DNA from: Polyangiales bacterium
GTDB lineage: Bacteria; Myxococcota_A; Polyangia; Polyangiales; Polyangiaceae
Reading direction: 5' to 3'
DNA: 64,000 nt
Assembly: GCA_038251425.1 (NCBI GenBank)
Contig: JBBSBI010000001.1
Coordinates: 11,585-75,584, forward strand
The translations under genes and the position numbers were made by a program. Of the stretch, positions 28,233 through 36,219 are shown one piece after another (the first letter of the stretch is position 1; the number at the start of each line of letters is the position of its first letter). Below the pieces are notes generated by a model. That model did not search any database and was not told the DNA's origin. It saw nothing but the letters and a program-made list of their open reading frames with translations.

Positions 28233-29530
28233 TCCGGCGTGAGGCGCTCAACGCCCATGAACGGGCGCAGCACCTCTGGGACGACCACCGAACCATCCGC
28301 CTGTTGATACTGCTCCACGATGGCAACCCAGGTGCGACCCACGGCTAAGCCCGAGCCATTCAGCGTATGCACGAATTGTGGCTTGGCTTTAGGGGCGCTC
28401 CGGTACCGGATCTTAGCCCGCCGCGCTTGAAAATCGCCGCACCAAGAACAACTCGAGATCTCGCGGAAGCAATTCTGCGAAGGCAGCCACACCTCCAGAT
28501 CGTACGTCTTGGCTGCGGCAAAGCCCAAATCTCCCGTACACAGTTCCACAACGCGGTGGTGCAGGCCCAGGCGCTTCAGAACCTCTTCGGCGTGCCCGCT
28601 CAACCGTTCCAGCTCCGCAGGCCCCTGATCTTCCGCACAAAAACGCACCAATTCTACTTTGTCGAACTGGTGTTGGCGGATGAGCCCCCGCACATCTTTG
28701 CCGTACGAGCCTGCCTCGCTGCGGAAGCAGGGCGTGTACGCTGTGTACGCGAGCGGTAGCTTGGCGCTGTCGAGGATCTCATCCGAATGGAGATTCGTGA
28801 GCGGAACTTCAGCCGTTGGGATGAGGTAGAGCGCTGTTTGGTCTTCAGGATCGGCACGAAACGTTTTGAAGAGATCTTGTTCGAATTTTGGCAGCTGGCC
28901 GGTGCCCCGAAGCGCCTCGCCGCGCACCAAGAAAGGCGGACAAAATTCGCGGTATCCATGTTCCCGCGTGTGCAAATCCAACATGAAGTTGATGAGCGCA
29001 CGTTCCAAGCGGGCACCTTGTCCCGAAAGCACCGAAAAGCGGGCACCTGAAAGCTTCGCGGCGCGTTCAAAATCGAGCACACCGAGCTTGCTCCCCAAAT
29101 CCCAATGGGCCTGCGCTTCGAAGCCCAATTCAGGTTGCTTTCCCCAAACGCGCAGCACGCGATTGTCCGCCTCGGAGCGCCCCACCGGCACCGACTCATG
29201 CGGCAAATTGGGGATCACAGCGAGGCGTTCTTCCATTTGCGCCTCAAGAGCACTCATCTGCTCTTCAAGCACCTTCACTTCATCGCTCAGCTTCTTGAGC
29301 TCTTCGCGACGAGCCTGAAAGAGCGCCTTGTCGGGGCTCTTGGCTAACTCCGCCATTTCGGTGCTGGCCGCATTTCGGCGCGCTTGCTCGGCTTCAGTTT
29401 TCACGATGAGAGCCCGGCGCGCTACGCTCAACTCGGCAAGCCCTTCCAGGGACGCAGGGTCAAAGGTTCGCGTTCCCAAACGCTCCCTCACGGCTTCTAA
29501 ATGATCGGCAACGTATCGAGCATCCAACAT
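28229..29530 (-). CDS. serS: Serine--tRNA ligase
   Basis: N-terminal coiled-coil arm. Class II motifs [25 protein letters not shown] and [15 protein letters not shown]. Length 433 aa. Confidence 0.95.
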   Translation of the reverse strand: MLDARYVADHLEAVRERLGTRTFDPASLEGLAELSVARRALIVKTEAEQARRNAASTEMAELAKSPDKALFQARREELKKLSDEVKVLEEQMSALEAQMEERLAVIPNLPHESVPVGRSEADNRVLRVWGKQPELGFEAQAHWDLGSKLGVLDFERAAKLSGARFSVLSGQGARLERALINFMLDLHTREHGYREFCPPFLVRGEALRGTGQLPKFEQDLFKTFRADPEDQTALYLIPTAEVPLTNLHSDEILDSAKLPLAYTAYTPCFRSEAGSYGKDVRGLIRQHQFDKVELVRFCAEDQGPAELERLSGHAEEVLKRLGLHHRVVELCTGDLGFAAAKTYDLEVWLPSQNCFREISSCSWCGDFQARRAKIRYRSAPKAKPQFVHTLNGSGLAVGRTWVAIVEQYQQADGSVVVPEVLRPFMGVERLTPE

Positions 29531-29698
29531 GACGATTCTCCGCCTCAGCTCTTAGCCAAAACGCGATCAAAGGTCACGTCTGGAGCTCACGCGGACTCAA
29601 CGCCCGGAGCGCGACGTAGGAGGGCACGACCCGCACGACCGGGATAGGGTTGCGGGGCGCGCGGCGGGAGCGCTAAGTGAGCGGCCCTTTTTGTTCCT

Positions 29699-29744
29699 TG
29701 GAAGATAGTAAGCATGCTTACTATCTCGTGTTCGACTTTGAGAT
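29699..29744 (+). promoter_or_regulatory. Conserved 46-nt intergenic element, copy 2; same 24-bp perfect palindrome (29703-29726)
   Basis: Identical core to 533-556. The element ends about 130 nt upstream of ATG 29874. TTGGAA and TACTAT hexamers flank or overlap the palindrome. Confidence 0.6.
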
Positions 29745-29873
29745 GCCTGTCCCGAGCAAGTTTGGGAGCACTTGGGGATGCTCAACCGCAGGCCGGGCGT
29801 GGTGCCGAATCTTGCGGGCCGAGCCATGCCTCTTGCAAACCCCCAAGATTTGCCCGAGCCTCGCGCCCCCAAA

Positions 29874-30755
29874 ATGATTGTTGTCATGGAGCCCGAGGCG
29901 CCCGAGGCCAGTATCGAGAGCGTGATTCGATATCTTGCCGCAGCCGGACTTGCGGTGCAGAAATCAACCGGTCAACAGCGCTCAATTTTGGGTGTGGTGG
30001 GGGATGTGACGACGGAGCACGCCGCGGTCGTCCGCGAGTTCCCAGACGTCGCCAAAGTGGTGCGCGTGACCGAACCTTATCGCTTGGCGTCGCGCCGCTT
30101 TCGCAAGGAATCTACAGTTGTGGAGGGCCCCTGGGGCATCATCGGCGGCGAACGTCCGTGGATCGCCATTGAACCCGTCGGGCTCTCACCCCAACACCTT
30201 GGAACGGATAATGGGCCTGTTTCTACTGGCCTCCCGTATCAAGTGCTTGCGGGGCGGCCCTTTGACGCCATGGTTTTTCGGAACCAAAGTGTTCCCGAGG
30301 AAGTTGGGGCATTGGCAGCGCTTTCGCTCCACCCACGGCCGAGTGGGCAGCGCTGGCCCGTGCGATTCGTTTCACGGGAGCCCAGCCGCGGCACCGATCA
30401 CTGGATTTCTGCCGCGGAAAGCGAACTCGAACGGCTCGAAGGTGGCGTCGTGCTGCTTGAGACCGGCGACGAATCTCCGAACGGTGTCCGCACGCTGGAG
30501 ATCGGATTGATTGCACGCGCTAAGGTACGCACCCATTTGCCCGTGGTGGTGGATGTCCCGAGTATTGCCCAAAAGGCCCGTTATTGCAGCTCAATTGCGG
30601 CGGCAGCCATCGCTGCCGGAGCTGACGGCGTTATCTTGAGAGTGTGGGTGGGTCGCGAATCGGATCCGCCGACGGTGCCCGCCACGTTGCAGTGGCAAGC
30701 CGCCATGGAGCTTGCTGAAAAACTGCAGGCAGTGGGCGTCGCCCTTCGGCAATGA
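29874..30755 (+). CDS. DAHP-synthase (type I-beta with N-terminal ferredoxin/ACT-like domain) homologue, apparently catalytically degenerate
   Basis: MIVVMEPEAPEASIESVIRYLAAAGLAVQKSTGQQRSILGVVGDV and VVRVTEPYRLASRRF parallel Thermotoga-type DAHPS. The barrel retains PVVVDVPS and AAIAAGADGVILRV, but I cannot find the GPCxxE, KPR(T/S)S or DxSH motifs. Confidence 0.65.
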   Translation: MIVVMEPEAPEASIESVIRYLAAAGLAVQKSTGQQRSILGVVGDVTTEHAAVVREFPDVAKVVRVTEPYRLASRRFRKESTVVEGPWGIIGGERPWIAIEPVGLSPQHLGTDNGPVSTGLPYQVLAGRPFDAMVFRNQSVPEEVGALAALSLHPRPSGQRWPVRFVSREPSRGTDHWISAAESELERLEGGVVLLETGDESPNGVRTLEIGLIARAKVRTHLPVVVDVPSIAQKARYCSSIAAAAIAAGADGVILRVWVGRESDPPTVPATLQWQAAMELAEKLQAVGVALRQ

Positions 30756-31591
30756 AAAGCGTGGTTATCGTGGGCCTCGGGCTCATTGGCGCCTCGCTCG
30801 GCCTGGCTTTACGTCAGCGTGGAACGCACGTGATCGGCGTCGATTTGCCGGAAGTGCTGGAGCTTGAGTCAGCCAAGGCGGCGGCTGATGTGATCCTGCC
30901 GATTGGCGCTGACGAACCCATCCATTCGGCATTTTCCGGTTCCGAACTCACTATTTTAGCGACCCCGGTGAGCCGAATCATCGAACTCCTGCCTATCGCC
31001 GTGGAACACGCACCCTGCGTAACAGACTGCGGTTCCACCAAGCGCGCGATCAGCCAAGCCGCTCAGTTCTGCGGAAATTCCGCACGTTTCGTCCCCGGCC
31101 ACCCGATGGCAGGACTTCCCGGCGGTGGAGCTGCCAGCGCCCGGGCAGATCTGTTTCTGGGCTGCAACTGGCTCGTGTGCCCGACACATGCCTCGGAAGA
31201 AGCACTGAGTACGGTTCGACGACTCCTCCACGCGCTTGGCGCCAACGCCGTCGATATGACCGCCGAAGCGCACGATGCCGCCGTGGCACTCACGAGCCAT
31301 TTGCCACAGCTTCTCGGCAGCATTGTGAAACTCTTGGCTCAAGAACAGTCTGCAGCCGTGGCCGCTGGGCCGTCGTTTGAGCGACTCACACGTGCGGCGG
31401 GCGGTGCCGATAATATCTGGAAAGACATTTTCGTGAGCAACGGGGATGACATCGCTCGCACCGTGCGGGCACTCATCGCCCGCCTGGAGCCCATCGCCTC
31501 GGAGCTGGAAACCCTCGGACCCACCCGAAGCGCAGGCGCGACTCCAGCGAAGGTCCTAGAACTGCTCGCTTTGGCCCGAGCATCCAAGTAG
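30752..31591 (+). CDS. tyrA: Prephenate dehydrogenase
   Basis: ATGA overlap with the upstream gene. Rossmann VVIVGLGLIGASLGLAL. Catalytic GHPMAG. Confidence 0.85.
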   Translation: MKSVVIVGLGLIGASLGLALRQRGTHVIGVDLPEVLELESAKAAADVILPIGADEPIHSAFSGSELTILATPVSRIIELLPIAVEHAPCVTDCGSTKRAISQAAQFCGNSARFVPGHPMAGLPGGGAASARADLFLGCNWLVCPTHASEEALSTVRRLLHALGANAVDMTAEAHDAAVALTSHLPQLLGSIVKLLAQEQSAAVAAGPSFERLTRAAGGADNIWKDIFVSNGDDIARTVRALIARLEPIASELETLGPTRSAGATPAKVLELLALARASK

Positions 31592-31791
31592 AGCTCAGGC
31601 CGTAGCGGGCACGCGGTAGCGGGTCACGCTCTAACGGCGCGCTCCGGTTCCATGGCACAGGTGTCCATGTTTGTGCCATCAGTGTGTGCCACCTGGCCCA
31701 TCCAGTCGGGTGTCATCCGATAAATCACTGATAAATAGCCAGCTCTGAGAGCTGGAACGCCATGGACCAATCTATGCTAGGTAGGATCGAG

Positions 31792-32226
31792 ATGTCGTTG
31801 AGGATTCGAATTTTGAGGATGACATGGCTGGCAACGCTGGCCGCGTCAGCGTGCGTGCTCAACCCTCAACCCGATCTTCCGAGCGTCGGTGATAGACCGG
31901 CCGCCTCCGCTTCAGGCGGTGCATCAGCTACTGGCGGCGCGAGTTCGCCGCCCACGAATGGTTCCGGCGGCGCCAGCACCGGCGGTGCGGGTCCGTTGGG
32001 GGCGGGAACCGGCGGTTCGGAGGCCGCTTCGGGAGGCGCGGCGGCTACCGGTGGTTCAGCGGCGGCTACGGGCGGCACTCCGGGAACACCGGGGGCTGGC
32101 GGTTCAAACACCGCGGGTGCCGGAGTGGGCGGCGGCGCGGCCATGGGTGGCGGGAATTCGGCGGGAGCAGCTGGTGCGGCTGGTTCAGCAGGCCAGAGGC
32201 ACGGCATCCTCGCCCCGGGCGAGTAG
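31792..32226 (+). CDS. Lipoprotein made of a signal peptide plus a Gly/Ala/Ser/Thr low-complexity region
   Basis: ATG 31792 is preceded by AGGTAGGA. MSLRIRILRMTWLATLAASAC has a lipobox. The rest is GGAS/GGAA-type low complexity. The opposite-strand ORF is a mirror artefact. Confidence 0.5.
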   Translation: MSLRIRILRMTWLATLAASACVLNPQPDLPSVGDRPAASASGGASATGGASSPPTNGSGGASTGGAGPLGAGTGGSEAASGGAAATGGSAAATGGTPGTPGAGGSNTAGAGVGGGAAMGGGNSAGAAGAAGSAGQRHGILAPGE

Positions 32227-32234
32227 TTGTAAAG

Positions 32235-32777
32235 CTAAGCCCGAGCTTTCGGTTCGCGGCGGCTCAAGTAGCTGTCCAGCAAATTCGCAGTAAAATCGGC
32301 TAAAATTCCGTCGGCGACGCGCAACCGGCGACTCAATTCGCGCGCCACGTTGAGCACGATGAGCGCATACGCTTTGAGATCATGTCGGTACAGAGCATCC
32401 AAATCTTGGGCAGAAATCCGCACCAGCTGGCCCGGCGCGAGCGCCCGCACCGTGGCGGAGCGGCGCTGAATATCCACCAGCCCCATTTCACCAAACCAAT
32501 CCCCTGGCCCGAGGATCGCCACACGCACCTCCGTACCTTGGCGGCTGTGTTTGAGGATCTCCATCTCGCCCCGCAACACCACGAACATGTCACGAGCTTC
32601 TTCGCCCTCCCGAAAGATAAATTCGCCAGCTTGCGGACACACCACTCTCAACTCTTTAGCCAAATAGGCGAGTGCCTCTTCCGAAAGCGCCCCAAAAAGC
32701 GCTTGGTCCCGCAACTCTGCGGGGGTGACCTGTTCGGGGCGTTCAGAATCGCGGGTCGGGATTTGCTCAGCGATCAT
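32235..32777 (-). CDS. Stand-alone cyclic-nucleotide-binding domain protein
   Basis: FIFREGEEARDMFVVLRGEMEI...GDWFGEMGLVDIQRRSATVRA is a canonical phosphate-binding cassette. There is no HTH or other output domain. Confidence 0.8.
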   Translation of the reverse strand: MIAEQIPTRDSERPEQVTPAELRDQALFGALSEEALAYLAKELRVVCPQAGEFIFREGEEARDMFVVLRGEMEILKHSRQGTEVRVAILGPGDWFGEMGLVDIQRRSATVRALAPGQLVRISAQDLDALYRHDLKAYALIVLNVARELSRRLRVADGILADFTANLLDSYLSRREPKARA

Positions 32778-32782
32778 CGGCG

Positions 32783-33226
32783 TTAACTTTCGAGGCTCTT
32801 AGTGAAAACGGCTCGCGGCCGAGCGGGACCAGCGTAATCCTCAATGATATCTACTGTCCAACCCATAGCGCGGTGGAACGCAATCGATCCATCGTTGCCG
32901 ACAGAAGTGATCGCCTTGAGGCGCTCACAACCCGCACTTCGGGCATTTTCCTCGAAGGATTGGTAAAGCACTTTGCCGACTCCACGACGCCGATAATCTG
33001 GATGGATGCCCACCAGGTGCACGTAGCCTTCCTTCGGGGGCCCGGGAGCCACAAAGCCCAACAGGAAACCTGCAACGACGCCGTCGTGCTCCACGACGCG
33101 CGCCATCTGACCGAGTTCGTAGAAGAAGAGTGGGTGCGCGAGCGCGGTCGATGGCCCACCCCACCAACGGTCAATGATCTGAACGATGTGGTCGTAGTCG
33201 TTTTTTCCGAGAGGTCGTGTGATCAT
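32783..33226 (-). CDS. GNAT-family N-acetyltransferase
   Basis: Acetyl-CoA motif A: VGIHPDYRRRGVGKVLYQSF. Length 147 aa. Its stop lies 5 nt before the start of the cNMP-binding gene. Confidence 0.8.
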   Translation of the reverse strand: MITRPLGKNDYDHIVQIIDRWWGGPSTALAHPLFFYELGQMARVVEHDGVVAGFLLGFVAPGPPKEGYVHLVGIHPDYRRRGVGKVLYQSFEENARSAGCERLKAITSVGNDGSIAFHRAMGWTVDIIEDYAGPARPRAVFTKSLES

Positions 33227-33420
33227 GGTCGAGCCCTAAGCGTGGGTCGTGGTCCAACAGGCCGGCTGCCCCTAGCATGCGGGATTTGGCGTGCTAAGGT
33301 TCTGAGGGTAAACCGCTGATCTTGCAAGCATAAATCACGAGCCAAGGCTTGGTTATGAACGGGCTGTGCTCCCCTTCGTGCTGGCGCGGCGCGGGTCGGT
33401 CGGTTAACGAGGGATGTTGC

Positions 33421-34086
33421 ATGCCGCCTCGCGTTTTGATCGCCCCTTCCATCCTCAGTGCCGATCTCGCCCGCTTGGCTGAAGAGGTCGCTGTGGTTGA
33501 AGCAGCTGGGGCCGATTGGATCCATGTCGATGTGATGGACGGCCGTTTCGTGCCAAACATCACCCTCGGAATTCCGGTCGTCCGCAGCTTGCGCCGTGTG
33601 ACGCGTCTCCCGCTCGATGTGCATCTGATGATGCTGGAGCCTGAACGCTACGTGGCTGAATTTGCTGAGGCGGGCGCCGATACCCTGAGCGTACATGTGG
33701 AGGCATGTGTGCACTTGCAGCGAACGCTGTCGCTGATCCGCTCACTTGGCAAGCGAGCGGGCGTGGTGCTCAACCCGCACACGCCCGAGGACGTGCTGCG
33801 CTACGTGCTACCGGATCTAGATTTGATACTGGTGATGAGCGTTAACCCGGGTTTTGGTGGGCAAAGCTTCATCCCAGCAACGCTGGATAAATTGGCAAAA
33901 ATCCGCAAAATGATCGACGAAAGTGCCTTTCCGATCCTGCTTGAGGTGGATGGCGGCATCGATGCTCGAACGGCCTCCTTGGTCGTGAATGCTGGAGCAA
34001 GAGTTCTCGTAGCCGGGTCCGCTATCTTTGGGCATCCGGATCGAAAAGCCCAAATTCAGGCGCTCAAGAGCGCGGCCGAGAGCTGA
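33421..34086 (+). CDS. rpe: Ribulose-phosphate 3-epimerase
   Basis: IAPSILSADLARLAEEV...GADWIHVDVMDGRFVPNIT...VMSVNPGFGGQSFI...EVDGGI. Confidence 0.95.
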   Translation: MPPRVLIAPSILSADLARLAEEVAVVEAAGADWIHVDVMDGRFVPNITLGIPVVRSLRRVTRLPLDVHLMMLEPERYVAEFAEAGADTLSVHVEACVHLQRTLSLIRSLGKRAGVVLNPHTPEDVLRYVLPDLDLILVMSVNPGFGGQSFIPATLDKLAKIRKMIDESAFPILLEVDGGIDARTASLVVNAGARVLVAGSAIFGHPDRKAQIQALKSAAES

Positions 34087-34092
34087 ATCCGA

Positions 34093-35502
34093 ATGCCGCG
34101 TGTGCAGGCTGGCGCCTTTCTGCTGAGCACATGGTTGGCGACAGCGTGCGCACGGCCGGAGCTGCATCCAGCACAGCCGACCACTCCCGCCAACGCTCTC
34201 GAACGGCCTTCCCTAAACGCCAGGTCCGAAGCATCAAAAGACGCCAACGAGGACCTGCAAAGCCTGGTTCTTAGGGTGCTTTCAGGTGTTTCGAAGCTGA
34301 GGGAGTTGCGGCCCAAAGGGTTGGTCCAAACCAAGGAAATAACCCGCGAAGAGATGCGCGCTTGGCTGAAAGATCAACTGGCGAGCGACGTGCCCCCTGA
34401 GGTGATGGCGGGGAGCGCTGCGTTTCTTTTGGCGCTCGGGCTCGTCCCGAGAGACTTCGACTATGCCGCCTCCATCGAGCGCCTGATGACGCAGCAGCTT
34501 GCCGGCTTCTACGATCCCAAGACCAAAACGATGCACTTGCTCTCCGATCTGCGCGCCGAAGATCGCAAAGCGACGCTAGATCATGAGCTGGTACACGCGC
34601 TCCAGGATCAGCACTTCGATTTGGAGCGCCTCACGGCCTGGCATTCTGATGCCACAGATGAACAAAGCGCCGTGCATGGGCTGGCCGAAGGAGACGCCAC
34701 CAGCGCGATGCTGCAAGGCATGCTGGCCCCGGGGCAACATGCGGAGGATCTGCCCGACGAAATGCTCTCAGCCCAGGCCGAAAGCTCACTCGCGAGTTCC
34801 CCGGATACGGACGTGCCCAACATCCTCAAGCACAGTCTTTTGGCGCCGTACATCGATGGCCTCAAGCTGGTGCACTGGGCCCGTCGACGCGGTGGCTGGG
34901 CTTCAGTTGATGAGTTGTGGCGGCGTATGCCGGCCAGCTCCGAACAGATATTGCACCCCGAAAAGTGGCTCAGCGACGAACGTCCCGAACCAGTGGCGGT
35001 GCCGATAGCGGCGCCAGGCACTCAACAATCCGCATTTTATCACGATATCTTGGGCGAACAGTCCGTTCGGATCCTGCTTGAAGAGTGGCTAACAAAATCT
35101 GAAGCGAGCACGGCGGCCAGCGGCTGGGGGGGAGATCGGTTGGCTGTGTTTAGGAGCGGCGAATTCTGGTCGCTGGCCTGGCATCTCGTGGCGGATGATC
35201 GGGATGCAGCAACGCGAACTCGAGTAGCGCTGCAACGCGGACTGCTGTCCTTAGCACCACAAGCTAACGCCGCGTTAACCTCTGAGCAGGTCAGACGTGA
35301 GGTCCGCCTGCACGGGAGCTGCCGCGAGAGACCGGACCTCGGACCGATTGCCGTGCTGGGGGCGGGGCTTTCGGTGGTGATCGTGGCCGGACCCTATCGG
35401 AACGGGGAAGGGCATCTGGTTTCAGCCAGCGATTGCCACTCGGCGTTGGCCTGGGCGAACTCGGTGATCAAACAGCGGGGCACAGTTGCTGTTCGTCCAT
35501 GA
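34093..35502 (+). CDS. Lipoprotein with HExxH zinc-metallopeptidase motif, unknown family
   Basis: Lipobox WLATAC. LDHELVHALQDQHFD motif. Length 469 aa. Confidence 0.6.
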   Translation: MPRVQAGAFLLSTWLATACARPELHPAQPTTPANALERPSLNARSEASKDANEDLQSLVLRVLSGVSKLRELRPKGLVQTKEITREEMRAWLKDQLASDVPPEVMAGSAAFLLALGLVPRDFDYAASIERLMTQQLAGFYDPKTKTMHLLSDLRAEDRKATLDHELVHALQDQHFDLERLTAWHSDATDEQSAVHGLAEGDATSAMLQGMLAPGQHAEDLPDEMLSAQAESSLASSPDTDVPNILKHSLLAPYIDGLKLVHWARRRGGWASVDELWRRMPASSEQILHPEKWLSDERPEPVAVPIAAPGTQQSAFYHDILGEQSVRILLEEWLTKSEASTAASGWGGDRLAVFRSGEFWSLAWHLVADDRDAATRTRVALQRGLLSLAPQANAALTSEQVRREVRLHGSCRERPDLGPIAVLGAGLSVVIVAGPYRNGEGHLVSASDCHSALAWANSVIKQRGTVAVRP

Positions 35503-35674
35503 TCCCGGACGTCTGTCGGACAGCCGTGAACCAATTTGACTCACCCGGTTAGCCGTGACCCACCTATCGGGCGGCCGAGCGAACTAGCTCTGCGGAGCAA
35601 GATCGGGCTGAATTCAGACGATCGCGTGGGGTCTGGCGTCGGCCAGCTGCCAAAAAATGAACTGGCACGGTGCC

Positions 35675-35690
35675 TGGCACATAGATTGCT
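35675..35690 (+). promoter_or_regulatory. Sigma-54 (-24/-12) promoter
   Basis: TGGCAC-ATAGA-TTGCT is a full match to TGGCAC-N5-TTGCW. It is intergenic, and the -12 GC lies 24 nt upstream of ATG 35713. Confidence 0.55.
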
Positions 35691-35712
35691 CAGGTCTTAG
35701 GCAGAGAGAGCC

Positions 35713-36219
35713 ATGCCAGCGAGCCCTGCCCGAAATAGTCCCCGGTCCAAATTGAAGTCGTCCAAAGCAGCGGCGCTTGCACCGAGTTCGTGGATGGCCC
35801 TGGTGGCCGCCACCAGCCTGGGCCTCAGCAACATCCACTGCGTCCGGACCACGGTTTCATCTCGGTCAATCGCACCCGATTTGCTCCAGGGAGCCTGCCG
35901 TCTGATTGTTCAGTCCTATGCGCCGGGTGCTATCGCGGCCGATCAGATAGCGGCCGGCGCGAGGCCGTTGGCCTCTGCTCAACGCGCCATCACCAGTGAA
36001 GAACTCAGACAGGGTGTCCAGATAGACCTGGTGCATGTGGAAGGATCGACCATGGAGGAGGAGTCACTGGTCGCATGGGTTGAGCATGGGGACCCTGATC
36101 TGGAGTTTGATGCTCGGACCGCGCGCCCAGGAGCGGGGTCAATGTTTGGCCACGGCGCTACCAGCAGCACCACGGGGCACGTTTGGCTCCAACCGCTTCG
36201 CGCCAGAACTGCCAGCTAA
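35713..36219 (+). CDS. Hypothetical (probably exported) protein behind the sigma-54 promoter
   Basis: 168-aa ORF with codon usage like its neighbours. GAGAGAG precedes the ATG. Hydrophobic N-region WMALVAATSLGLSNIHC. No recognisable motif. Confidence 0.45.
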   Translation: MPASPARNSPRSKLKSSKAAALAPSSWMALVAATSLGLSNIHCVRTTVSSRSIAPDLLQGACRLIVQSYAPGAIAADQIAAGARPLASAQRAITSEELRQGVQIDLVHVEGSTMEEESLVAWVEHGDPDLEFDARTARPGAGSMFGHGATSSTTGHVWLQPLRARTAS

